NCBI GenBank assembly: GCA_938082635.1
Contig: CALLLI010000016.1
Coordinates: forward strand, 699-64,698
Origin: an uncultured Verrucomicrobiales bacterium
GTDB taxonomy: Bacteria; Verrucomicrobiota; Verrucomicrobiia; Verrucomicrobiales; DEV007
Direction of reading: 5' to 3'
DNA: 64,000 nucleotides
Below the pieces are notes generated by a model that searched no databases, had not been told where the DNA came from, and saw only the letters and a program-made list of their open reading frames with translations. Numbering within the stretch: position 1 is the stretch's first letter; each line of letters begins with the position of its first letter. A program made the translations under genes and the position numbers. Positions 38,301 to 46,173 of this stretch are shown here, piece after piece.

Positions 38301-39131
38301 ATGTTCTATCAGATGCCCAATGGCAAGTTCACTTATTTTCCGCACGACCTAGACTTCGCGCACAACGCCTCCCTCTCCATTACTACGAACAACGACCTCA
38401 AGAAGATCTTGAAAAACCCAGCCTACGAACGGATCTATCTCGCCTACATAAACGACGTTCTCCTCACCACCCTCAACGAGAGCTACATGACACGCTGGGC
38501 GAATCACTTCGGGGAGCTCCTTCCTGATCAGAGTTTCGACACCCATTTGCGTTACATCATTTCCAGAGCCAAGTCCGTCCAATCCCAGGTCAGAAGCGAC
38601 GCCCCATCAACGGCCTTCTCCCTGCAAACAGCTTCTAATCAGCGCGTCGACACCACCACGATCGAACTCCAGGGGACCGGTAAACTCGACCTTCACCACT
38701 TCCTCCACGTGGAAAGCGGTGAGACTTACAGACCAACCTGGACGAATCTCGACACCTGGACGTTGTCGTTCCCGCTCACGCCTGGTGAAAACTCGATCAC
38801 CCTACAAGGGCGCAATGTCCTCGGAGGCGAAGGCAGCATCTTCAGCCCAATTGGGCGCGCCTCCATCACGGTGTTCAGCGACGCACCGGCAGCTTTGCCA
38901 TTCGAGAATCTCGACCTTCAGCTCGCCGATGGCCAAGCCACGCTCAGTTACACCGGTCTGAAGTCACAGGATGCAGACGCTCTGCTAGAGTCTTCAGTCG
39001 ATCTACAGGACTGGCAGGAACTCACTCCCACTGAGACAACGACTACGGCAATCAATGACACCTACGAGCGCGTTTCGCTCACATTCCCACAGGGCGAGAC
39101 CCGAACGATGTATGTTCGGCTCCGCCAATAG
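35343..39131 (+). CDS. Secreted lamin-tail-domain (LTD) / CotH kinase-family protein with the shared C-terminal module
   Basis: GTG 35343 lies 1 nt after the upstream stop and gives signal peptide VSLLKRFFAILAICPFGAALA. Two LTD-like units (VVFNEIHYHP...WIELHN and IVFNEIFYHPRP...DEWIELYHRG). CotH-like region LRIIMHPDDVEWL...VGVRLKGSERGR...NGMFYQMPNGKFTYFPHDLDFAHN. Confidence 0.8.
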   Translation: MSLLKRFFAILAICPFGAALADSDSVVVFNEIHYHPAQTEESEWIELHNQMSVDIDLSRWTLTGGVEFAFPEGTIIPGHGYLLVASSPDQVTDALGPFVGKLDNNGERLRLLSASGRLMNEVRYKDGGNWPIAPDGTGVTLAKRLPDETPTDSGAWTWSLEFGGTPGERNFPDILLPEPLVQINELAALSEAEFWVELHARSTAEVPLEGLELLHVTSGTRVPLGIPTLTAGGFLRVAGFPEGVASGDAIALVGGDTVSDAVRVKERGRGRFPDGGEEWRFVSEATGGLSNKSELHTDIVFNEIFYHPRPQYADGATPYAEIDDEWIELYHRGDLGIDLTGWELDGDIEHVFPEGTMLEPGGFLVVRNDDIGFSGNLPNGSGHLVLKDAAGNFADEVHYHDNGDWPTEADAGGSSLELRDPDADNAQAIAWAASDELSQTAWQEISYRGVAERSAVGPDNQWSELDIALLGRGEVLIDDIQVVEDPDGLSAPLINNSTFQPSIFGGTALRNWRLRGNHRHSEIATDPEDPSNNVLRLVATGPAGHMHNHVETSFASGARISNGKTYEIRFRARALSGSPQLHTRLYFNRLAKKHILTTPAGGGTPGQPNSRLVSNLGPTLNGLAHHPAVPRPEDATRIEVTAADPDGIGEVTLHWSTDGNDFQESSMTLEDGRYTVSLPPQDASAVVQFYVKATDIEGAVSQYPPGGADSRALFGVLDEDQLGNERLHHLRIIMHPDDVEWLHEPINLMSNDRVPATVIYREQEIFYNVGVRLKGSERGRVTIPRLGYNVKFPKQQRFRGVHETVAIDRSEGTRFGQFEMLFNQMMTHSGGIPAEFNDLIQVVAPRSSYTGPAELQLARYGGLFLESQFEDGDEGNLYEYELIYYPTTDDADGYKRPSPDSVVGTAIRDLGDEPESYRWNYELKNNRRRDAYAPIMAYTELFSLSNDAFLEALPDLVDVDRWLKGMALAILSGAGDQYGANSQHNGMFYQMPNGKFTYFPHDLDFAHNASLSITTNNDLKKILKNPAYERIYLAYINDVLLTTLNESYMTRWANHFGELLPDQSFDTHLRYIISRAKSVQSQVRSDAPSTAFSLQTASNQRVDTTTIELQGTGKLDLHHFLHVESGETYRPTWTNLDTWTLSFPLTPGENSITLQGRNVLGGEGSIFSPIGRASITVFSDAPAALPFENLDLQLADGQATLSYTGLKSQDADALLESSVDLQDWQELTPTETTTTAINDTYERVSLTFPQGETRTMYVRLRQ

Positions 39132-39142
39132 AGACTTTCTAC

Positions 39143-39613
39143 GTGCTCGACGTCCGGGCACCTGTTGCTCCAAAGTGCGGTTCAATGATAGGTAGTTGGC
39201 TCATCCGCAAGCTTCTCAAGAAGGGTTTCGGCGTGGCCGTGGATTCCATGGGCAAATCTGCGTTAGAGCGAGACTTTGGTGAGGCTGAGGAGGATGACAT
39301 TGTCGTCCCCAATGCCAGGTTTCACAAAGTGATGCCGCTGACGCAGATGGCGACGCCCTTGCATGCCATGTTTCGGGACATCGATGGCTTGGAAGTGAGT
39401 CATGTGGCGAGAATCGGCCTCCGCTTGAACGAACTACCGATTCGCAAGGAGGCCCGTTTCCAATACCAGGTGAAGGACGCTGACGCCGTCGTCGAACTGC
39501 AAGTGACCATGACCAAATCAGGTGCTGATGAAATTGGAATCGCCTTTCGAAACTTTAACGGTGTCATTGGGACCATCATGCGCTGCTTTGCTACGGAGAA
39601 TCCGAATCTATAG
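39143..39613 (+). CDS. Hypothetical protein, third gene of the LamG/CotH operon (start GTG 39143 or ATG 39185)
   Basis: A 142-156 aa ORF 12 nt downstream of the CotH gene on the same strand. No recognisable motifs and no obvious signal peptide. Confidence 0.45.
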   Translation: MLDVRAPVAPKCGSMIGSWLIRKLLKKGFGVAVDSMGKSALERDFGEAEEDDIVVPNARFHKVMPLTQMATPLHAMFRDIDGLEVSHVARIGLRLNELPIRKEARFQYQVKDADAVVELQVTMTKSGADEIGIAFRNFNGVIGTIMRCFATENPNL

Positions 39614-39621
39614 TCGTCCGT

Positions 39622-40593
39622 TCAGGGACTAGCATTCATTTTCTGGTTGACCCACTGCTGGACCGACGCTTCACCGAGTTGGCTGAGTCGGCGAAGGTAT
39701 TCTTGGAGATCCGATTGGTTGGACAATGCTTGCATCTTTTCAAAGGCGTTATTCTTCATTAAGCCTCGCAGATCCGCCATGCTGGCGTCCAGGCTTTCGC
39801 GATAGTCACCAACGGAGCGGTCCAGGAACGCAGGGATCTCATCGGCCTCTTCGTAGTCTTTGAGAACTATCTTCTCAATCGGCACTCCAACCAGGTTCTC
39901 GAGGATGGTCCCATGCTCTTGCGTATAACGCTGGCCCATGGCGAGGACAGCAGCTGACGCGCGATCCGCAGCCTCTTGGCCACCTGCCTCCCGCTGGTCA
40001 GACGCATAGGTTGCCAGTGCTCTAGCAGACTTCCTTAGGGAGCCTATAGCTGGCGTGCCAACTTGGGTAGCGGCGGCCTGGGCGACTGGCGCAGGCATGC
40101 CTATGGATTCATAGAACGCACTTTGGTTGATCATGAAGGCACCACCGTGATCGTGATTCCCATGTAGAGACATGACAGCCACCAGATCTTCCACGGCACC
40201 AGCAGGATCGTCTTTTGCCTTGAGACTCGCAGACATGTAGTGGGCAAGAGCATTGTCAGGATCGAACTCGACCCACCGTGCTGCCCACTTGCTGAACTCA
40301 GGTTCGGATTCTGACTCATGCAGAACGACGGTCGACTGCACGAGGACATCATCTGGATAGTCACGCATGGCTTCCTTGAGGAGCGCATGATCGGACGTGA
40401 GTTTGAACATCGACACCAGGCTTTCGGCATCCCGTCCTCGAGACTCCAAGAAGGCGTCCACTTGGGCTCCCGTCTGCCGTTGCATTGCCATGACCAGCCA
40501 GTCTTCGAGTGTCTTGTCAGCGACTGCGGGCTTGATCGGCTCATTCAATTCCGCCGATTTGCGAGCGCCCATGACGGAGGCGTTTACTCTCAC
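39622..40593 (-). CDS. Hypothetical helical protein. A TM-encoding segment in another frame upstream (to ~40738) suggests a frameshifted N terminus.
   Basis: 323-aa ORF with a GTG start. Its frame stays open upstream as ACSALIAGFCATYFRTSSQSKEIVQST. Track ORF 40541-40738 encodes KRPKYSLLVVLLTGVLSA in a frame offset by 1. Confidence 0.55.
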   Translation of the reverse strand: MRVNASVMGARKSAELNEPIKPAVADKTLEDWLVMAMQRQTGAQVDAFLESRGRDAESLVSMFKLTSDHALLKEAMRDYPDDVLVQSTVVLHESESEPEFSKWAARWVEFDPDNALAHYMSASLKAKDDPAGAVEDLVAVMSLHGNHDHGGAFMINQSAFYESIGMPAPVAQAAATQVGTPAIGSLRKSARALATYASDQREAGGQEAADRASAAVLAMGQRYTQEHGTILENLVGVPIEKIVLKDYEEADEIPAFLDRSVGDYRESLDASMADLRGLMKNNAFEKMQALSNQSDLQEYLRRLSQLGEASVQQWVNQKMNASP

Positions 40594-40762
40594 CGTAGAC
40601 TGAACTATCTCCTTCGACTGGGAGCTTGTTCGAAAGTAGGTAGCGCAGAAGCCAGCTATCAGCGCTGAGCACGCCCGTCAGTAGCACTACAAGGAGGCTA
40701 TACTTTGGCCGTTTCCATGCGATTCCCATCAACACCAAGGTTAGAATCTGGCGTTTCGTTAG

Positions 40763-42046
40763 TCAAGGCTCCTGCCGCGTCAGCCGAATTTCACTGACGT
40801 CCATGACAGCGCCTTTGGCCTTCTTGTGCGCGCCCACAGTGAGTGTGTGCAGACCTGCCGAGAGCGTCAGCGTACCCAGCGGACGCGTTCGAAAGTTCTG
40901 GAAATGGCCAGTATCTTCCACGGTAAAGGACAGCTCCTGGCCACCCGACAACACGTAAGCCGTGCTTCCGCCGTGGCCTTTGCCGCAGCCTTGATCAATC
41001 TCGACAGTAAAGGTGCCTGCCTTTGCTAACTCAAAAACCCACTGAGCTCGATCATCTTCATTCGCCCAGAAACCAAGACAGAGCTTCTTGGGATTGGGTT
41101 CGTACCGCAGCACCTGGCCGAGCACGGTCGCATCACCGCTGTTTAGAATGACCTTTTCTTCTGTCTCTGCTAGTTCACTACTCCCTTCGGGCGCTGGTAG
41201 GACGGCGATGGCCGCTAATTCGGCATCATCCCCTGCCCAACTGAAAGTGACCGGATAATCCCCTGGTTTGGCGAAATAGGCGCGTAGGCCAATCGACGAG
41301 TCCTCGGTGGATTTCTCTAACACGGTGAGTCGAGAGGTCGTGGGAAGACTCGTGCCAAAGCGGGCTTTCACTTCGTACATGCCCCAACGTGTCATTGGAA
41401 GGTTCCAAGTGTATTTGTCGCCCTCACGTTTTCCCATACCAACGGGCAACCACAAGGAGCCATCCTGACTTCGCTGAATCTTGTTTCGCAGTCCCTCGTT
41501 CAAACGCACGAGATAGACATGGCGATCGTCGCCCGAGAGCTTCAGCTCAAAGTTGCTGTCAGCGATGCCGTTGGTGGATTTGTGAGAACCATAGAGTGTC
41601 GCCTTGCCATCGGACACGCGGCTCAAGAGAGAGGCATGCCCGAACCATTGGCCGGCGTCATTCCGTTTCCAGTATTGAACGAAATCGCCTGGCCTTGCAT
41701 CGCCTGACTCGACGCGCGTCGCCACTTTCATGAGATCCACCAAGGCGTGGGCGAGACCGGAGACCTTCGGATCGCTGCCGGCAGCGGCCTTCTCTTGGAC
41801 CTCCTGGGCGGACCACCCGTGGTGAATGGCGATCATGCGTCGCTCGTCTGGCGTCAACGGTCGTCCAACTTCCTTAGCGATGACGACTTCCATGAACTGC
41901 ACACAGTCAATCGTCTTCTTTTTAGCCGCATTTCCATAAGTCCAACCCGCAAATGTGCCTCCGGCCAAACTTCGCGCCGTGTCCAATGGCGAGGCCTGCA
42001 AGGCGGCAGGAACGAGAATTGCGAAGATTAGAAGGGCCCATTTCAT
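40763..42046 (-). CDS. Secreted protein with an N-terminal NlpC/P60-like (papain-fold) domain and C-terminal carbohydrate-binding-like beta-sandwich domains
   Basis: Signal peptide MKWALLIFAILVPAALQA. Candidate catalytic Cys in IDCVQFMEVV and His in GDFVQYW...GHASLL. The C-terminal part GTFTVEIDQGCGKGHGGSTAYVLSGGQELSFTVEDTGHFQNFRTRPLGTLTLSAGLHTLTV is CBM-like. The assignment is tentative. Confidence 0.45.
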   Translation of the reverse strand: MKWALLIFAILVPAALQASPLDTARSLAGGTFAGWTYGNAAKKKTIDCVQFMEVVIAKEVGRPLTPDERRMIAIHHGWSAQEVQEKAAAGSDPKVSGLAHALVDLMKVATRVESGDARPGDFVQYWKRNDAGQWFGHASLLSRVSDGKATLYGSHKSTNGIADSNFELKLSGDDRHVYLVRLNEGLRNKIQRSQDGSLWLPVGMGKREGDKYTWNLPMTRWGMYEVKARFGTSLPTTSRLTVLEKSTEDSSIGLRAYFAKPGDYPVTFSWAGDDAELAAIAVLPAPEGSSELAETEEKVILNSGDATVLGQVLRYEPNPKKLCLGFWANEDDRAQWVFELAKAGTFTVEIDQGCGKGHGGSTAYVLSGGQELSFTVEDTGHFQNFRTRPLGTLTLSAGLHTLTVGAHKKAKGAVMDVSEIRLTRQEP

Positions 42047-42124
42047 CTATCAAAAGTAGACCGGAACAGACAAAGCGTCGATCTTTCTTGAAATGCTAGA
42101 AAGCCAGCATTACAATCCCCTTCC

Positions 42125-42829
42125 ATGAAATCTCCTAGCATTCCTCGGTGGTTGGTGAAATCGGTTGCGGTCCTAACCATGCTCATCGTCTTGGCGGGCG
42201 TCTGTTTGCTCGTCTTCCTCACGCCCTACAAAGATCGAGCGGCCGCGATGAACCTCGCTCAGGTTTCCGAATCTCGGGGCATTGCTTATGAGCGCCTCCC
42301 GCAGCACTTGATCAACGCCATCGTCACCGCTGAGGACAATCGTTTCTTCGATCATGGCGGGCTCGACGTGAAAGGCATCTGCCGGGCGTCCATGGTCAAC
42401 TTACGCACCAAGAGCAAATCACAGGGAGCCTCCACCATCACGCAACAGCTTGCTCGGCAAACCTTCGGTATTCTTGAGAAGACCATGGATCGTAAACTGG
42501 TCGAAGCCTTCCTCGCGCTTCGGGTCGAGGACAGCTTCACCAAGGAAACGATCCTATCTAAATACCTAAGCCGGATCTACTTTGGTGCGGGCTACAACGG
42601 CATCGAGAGTGCTGCAGGTGGCTATTTCAACAAAGCCGTCGAGGAACTCACCGTCGCCGAAGCCGCCACGCTGGCCGGTATCATCAAGGCTCCAAGCGCC
42701 CTGGAGCCAATGAAACATCCTGACCGCGCGCTCGACGTTCGAAATACCGTTCTCGCGCGCATGGCGGAAGAGGGCTACCTCACGACGGAAGAAGCGGCCA
42801 CGCATCAGGCGAGCTCGCTCTTGCCGTAG
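42125..42829 (+). CDS. mtgA: Monofunctional biosynthetic peptidoglycan transglycosylase (GT51)
   Basis: GT51 motifs AIVTAEDNRFFDHGGLD, GASTITQQLARQ, RKLVEAFLALRVE, KETILSKYLSRIYFG. N-terminal TM. 234 aa with no transpeptidase domain. Confidence 0.9.
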   Translation: MKSPSIPRWLVKSVAVLTMLIVLAGVCLLVFLTPYKDRAAAMNLAQVSESRGIAYERLPQHLINAIVTAEDNRFFDHGGLDVKGICRASMVNLRTKSKSQGASTITQQLARQTFGILEKTMDRKLVEAFLALRVEDSFTKETILSKYLSRIYFGAGYNGIESAAGGYFNKAVEELTVAEAATLAGIIKAPSALEPMKHPDRALDVRNTVLARMAEEGYLTTEEAATHQASSLLP

Positions 42830-42853
42830 GTGATCTTTAAGCATTCCATGTAG

Positions 42854-42873
42854 AGCAACTTTCCAAAGTTGCT
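42854..42873 (+). terminator. Hairpin downstream of mtgA (possible terminator)
   Basis: AGCAACTTT-cc-AAAGTTGCT palindrome 25 nt after the stop. No T-tract. A related palindrome lies at 42897-42912. Confidence 0.25.
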
Positions 42874-42964
42874 GCCCTCCGCCCGGCTTGCTAAGGCGAC
42901 TTTGGAAAGTCCCCCTACGCGATTCTGCGTCTCTCAATTTCCTTGAATTGAGTGCTGTTAGGAG

Positions 42965-44158
42965 ATGAGATCAGGTCACGGCATGGACCCGCCCGATCAT
43001 CAATCACCCCAGACTTCCTCTCGTTCGAAGGGGAATTCTGCTGCAGGCGTTGAGCGGTTATTGGAACTGCGCAAGTATGATAAAGCCTTGACGCTTTGCC
43101 TGGAACTCTTGCAGCACGATCAAGACTCGTCAGAGTTGCATCAGCTGGCAGGCATCGCGGCCATGGCCATGGAGGACTATCGCAACGCGAAGCTGCACTT
43201 GGACATCGCGCTCCAGCAAGACCCTGAAGATTTCGAAGCGCTCTATCATCTCTCCCGCTATTGGAATGCCAAAAAGCGCCCTCGCGATGCCGAGTCGACG
43301 ATCAAACGCGCGATCGGCCTCTTCCCCTACGCCCCCAATTTCTGGGCGCAGCTTGCCCGGGTGCACTACCAGGAAGGAGCGTATCAGCTCGCTCGCGAAC
43401 CCGCTGAGAAGGCGCTCTCCCTCGCTCCCGACGACCCCCATGTCGGCAACATCCACGCCCTCGTCATGGCAGAGCGTGAGGATGGCACCAAGCTTGACTT
43501 GCAGGCTCAAGAAGCCCGTTTGTTAGAAATTCTCCGTCTTGATCCCGAATCCCATGCGGTGCAACACAACACCGGCCTCTTCTATCTCCATGAGATGAGC
43601 GACTTCGAGAATGCGGCGCAACACTTCAGCACGGCAGCTTCGTTAGACCCTACGGATCAATCGACCCGATCCCAACTCGGCCGCGCGTTGAGACGGCTTG
43701 ATCCCTTCCTCAAATGGCTCTATTTCCCCCACGGGATTACCTTTGCCTTCAAACGGAGTCTCCGCTGGGCAGCTGGCAAGCGGTGGGGTTATCTACCTGT
43801 ATTAGCAACCGCGACATTGCTCCTCATCCCACTGCTCATCGGTCTCGCTTTCTGGGCCATCGGTCTTTGGCCTCTCGCCAAAGCCTACGAATACCTCACC
43901 GTCAGCGAACTTCGCGAACGCATGAAAGTGAACGGGCACCCTGGCCCCTTACGCATTCACCACTGGCCACGCTGGACCCGACTCCTCTTACTCATCGGCA
44001 TCTACGCCCTCTTCTGGTTCTTCCTCCTCACCTTCTGGGGCTCGACGCCGATCAAAGTCTTCCTAGGTTTGGCCATCAGTGGCGTCATGATGGAACTCTG
44101 CGGCCTCTCTATCAAACAACAGCTCTTACAGATCCGCGACGACTGGCGAAATCGCTAG
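42965..44158 (+). CDS. TPR-repeat protein with C-terminal transmembrane helices
   Basis: Tandem TPR-like units (ALTLCLELLQHD, YRNAKLHLDIALQQDPED, YQLAREPAEKALSLAPDD). C-terminal TM segments LPVLATATLLLIPLLIGLAFWAIGLW and LLLLIGIYALFWFFLLTFW. Confidence 0.7.
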   Translation: MRSGHGMDPPDHQSPQTSSRSKGNSAAGVERLLELRKYDKALTLCLELLQHDQDSSELHQLAGIAAMAMEDYRNAKLHLDIALQQDPEDFEALYHLSRYWNAKKRPRDAESTIKRAIGLFPYAPNFWAQLARVHYQEGAYQLAREPAEKALSLAPDDPHVGNIHALVMAEREDGTKLDLQAQEARLLEILRLDPESHAVQHNTGLFYLHEMSDFENAAQHFSTAASLDPTDQSTRSQLGRALRRLDPFLKWLYFPHGITFAFKRSLRWAAGKRWGYLPVLATATLLLIPLLIGLAFWAIGLWPLAKAYEYLTVSELRERMKVNGHPGPLRIHHWPRWTRLLLLIGIYALFWFFLLTFWGSTPIKVFLGLAISGVMMELCGLSIKQQLLQIRDDWRNR

Positions 44159-44415
44159 AGTCAGGCCCTCAAGGACCGGCGCTCTCCAAACGCCCCACCC
44201 CTGGTCAATCCATTCCCAACCCAGAATTTTAGTCGTCCCGGAGCACTATGGATGGCCGCACCGGAAGCAAGAAGTCACCGTGACGCCCCGAACCCGTACG
44301 GTTTCCGTTTCGAGTCCTTCTAGCAGACCGCGACATCGAGTCTTGACCACGCCCCGTCCTCGCTGCGAGAATGTAAGGTGAGATGCCCACGAGTATTGGC
44401 GGCTCAATACCTGGC

Positions 44416-44871
44416 CTACGGTTTCGCCGTCTTCTTCTTGCCAGTCGCCTGGTTAGCCTCGTCCACAGCTTGGACGAAAGCCTGATCTTCTTCGCGCAGC
44501 TTTGCCAAAGGAAGGACGTTAGCTTTCCTGCGCCCGTCTACTAACAGACGGATTTTACCTTCCTTAATCAACGTCAACGGTCGCTTGAGCTTGGCTGGAT
44601 CGCCTTCCTCGAAGGCCACCAGTTGAGCCGTGATGGATTTGCCTTCTTCACTAACAAAGGCGCGAGACTCAGAGACGGCAATGTAAGTAATGACGACCGG
44701 CTTGGTCTGCGCGCGTTTGATGCCAACCACGCCTGTGCCCAACGTTCCTCCCAAATCCCGTTTCTTGAACTCGGTCGGGCTAGCCGGCGTGACGGGAACC
44801 GTCTGGGCCTTCAGTGAAAAAACGAGGCAAGCCAGCAGAAGGAGGACCAGGGTGAAGTATTGGCGCTTCAT
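44416..44871 (-). CDS. Small secreted protein with an SHD1-like (SLA1 homology) domain
   Basis: Signal peptide MKRQYFTLVLLLLACLVFSLKA. The pattern EEGKSITAQLVAFEEGD...GKIRLLVDGRRKANVLPLAKLREEDQAFV resembles SHD1 domains of PVC proteins. Confidence 0.5.
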   Translation of the reverse strand: MKRQYFTLVLLLLACLVFSLKAQTVPVTPASPTEFKKRDLGGTLGTGVVGIKRAQTKPVVITYIAVSESRAFVSEEGKSITAQLVAFEEGDPAKLKRPLTLIKEGKIRLLVDGRRKANVLPLAKLREEDQAFVQAVDEANQATGKKKTAKP

Positions 44872-44876
44872 TGAAC

Positions 44877-45215
44877 ATGGAGCCTAACATGGCGCGCACA
44901 TCAAGTCCAGAACTCAGTGATCTATGGAATTCGAGGGGTTGCGAGACGCCAGTTGAATTCCCAGATCCGATCATCGACCCTATGGTCAATGGCCAAGCAC
45001 AGATGGCCTTCCGTTCTAGGTTCATCCGCGAAAAGCTGCCTCTATCATTTCACGATGCCATCGCATGGACGGACGACACCGAGTATAGGATCCTCGCGCA
45101 ATACAAAGAGACGCAGCCAAACGGAGATAGCACGTTTCTTCTCGATGATGTTCGATCAACGATACTCGTAGATGAGTCTGGGCGCGCCGTCCGGAACGAA
45201 GATGGCTCTAGCTGA
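44877..45215 (+). CDS. Hypothetical protein (weak)
   Basis: The track ORF is divergent from 44416-44871. No motifs recognised. It adjoins a region of apparent gene decay. Confidence 0.25.
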   Translation: MEPNMARTSSPELSDLWNSRGCETPVEFPDPIIDPMVNGQAQMAFRSRFIREKLPLSFHDAIAWTDDTEYRILAQYKETQPNGDSTFLLDDVRSTILVDESGRAVRNEDGSS

Positions 45216-45475
45216 GAAGTCCTCTCCTTCTATGATCCTGTAAGCAGGCTTCAAGAAGTGGCCAGCACAGAAGACACGATCGAAGGCATTGGCCCCATCA
45301 GTAAGTCGGGCCTTGGCTTCAACCGCTACGCAGGCACCTCCTCCAATCGCAACAGTGTCGGACTCAGCGATCTCGGCCAAGTCACCTTCCGATTTCGCGT
45401 TGGAAATGATTACATCGGCCTCTGGCCCGTCGAGGACCAGCCCATGGTCCCAGCGGGTCCAATGACAACTCCGAA

Positions 45476-45676
45476 CTAGAACTGCAGTTCACCGGCAGTC
45501 CAAATTCCGCCTATGCGTTAGAGCAGTCGAGCGTGACGACCCGAGCGTGGTAGCCCACAGATTAAGTCATCGTCGCCGATCCACAAGGTCGCCTGATCTT
45601 CAGAACGCCGAACGAAACCGGCGCAGGCACCAGACTCTTCCGCAACCGTCGGCAGTTTGCACCTGACGGTGGCTAA
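45476..45676 (+). pseudogene. Decayed remnant of the shared C-terminal module, with in-frame stops TAG 45551 and TAA 45563
   Basis: A single frame reads LELQFTGSPNSAYALEQSSVTTRAW-stop-PTD-stop-VIVADPQGRLIFRTPNETGAGTRLFRNRR. It follows the Y-x-L-x-x-S...W...F-R pattern of the four intact tails. No intact upstream ORF. Confidence 0.35.
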
Positions 45677-45728
45677 CGCTTCGCACTATGCGAGGTCAAT
45701 ATCAATCACTCAGCCATCATTGCCGTTT

Positions 45729-46070
45729 CTAGACTGTCGCAGGCATGCCAATCAACGCACCAAATCCAAAGACTAGAGACCACGCAAGTGTGTGCAACTT
45801 TAGCCAATAGGAAGTCCGCGACTCAGGGCCACGTACGAAACACCAGATAAACTTAAAGATCGAAAGCAAGACTACCAGAAACACCAAAGAGCCTAGCAAA
45901 GCGACTGTTGAAAGGTAGACCAGAAAGCATAGCGCCACCACGCCGGAAACCGGTACCCACAAAACCCATTCTGGGTCGGAGAGGCTAAAGACACTACCAC
46001 TTCCCACTAAGGCAGGCATGAGTATTCCACAGGCCAGCAATGAGGCCGCCAAGTAGCTTAGAATCAGCAT
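45729..46070 (-). CDS. Hypothetical small integral membrane protein
   Basis: 113 aa with three to four hydrophobic helices (LILSYLAASLLACGILMPALV, VSGVVALCFLVYLSTVALLGSLVFLVVLLSIF, LAWSLVFGFGALIG). Confidence 0.5.
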   Translation of the reverse strand: MLILSYLAASLLACGILMPALVGSGSVFSLSDPEWVLWVPVSGVVALCFLVYLSTVALLGSLVFLVVLLSIFKFIWCFVRGPESRTSYWLKLHTLAWSLVFGFGALIGMPATV

Positions 46071-46173
46071 AACAAGGCGTCGCAGCGCTTCGCTGCTAGC
46101 GCCATGGTGGTGCCTTCATTCGTTGGCGAGTGTTTCCCTCAACACCACTTGTAGCGGCGATTCTAGACTAGCA

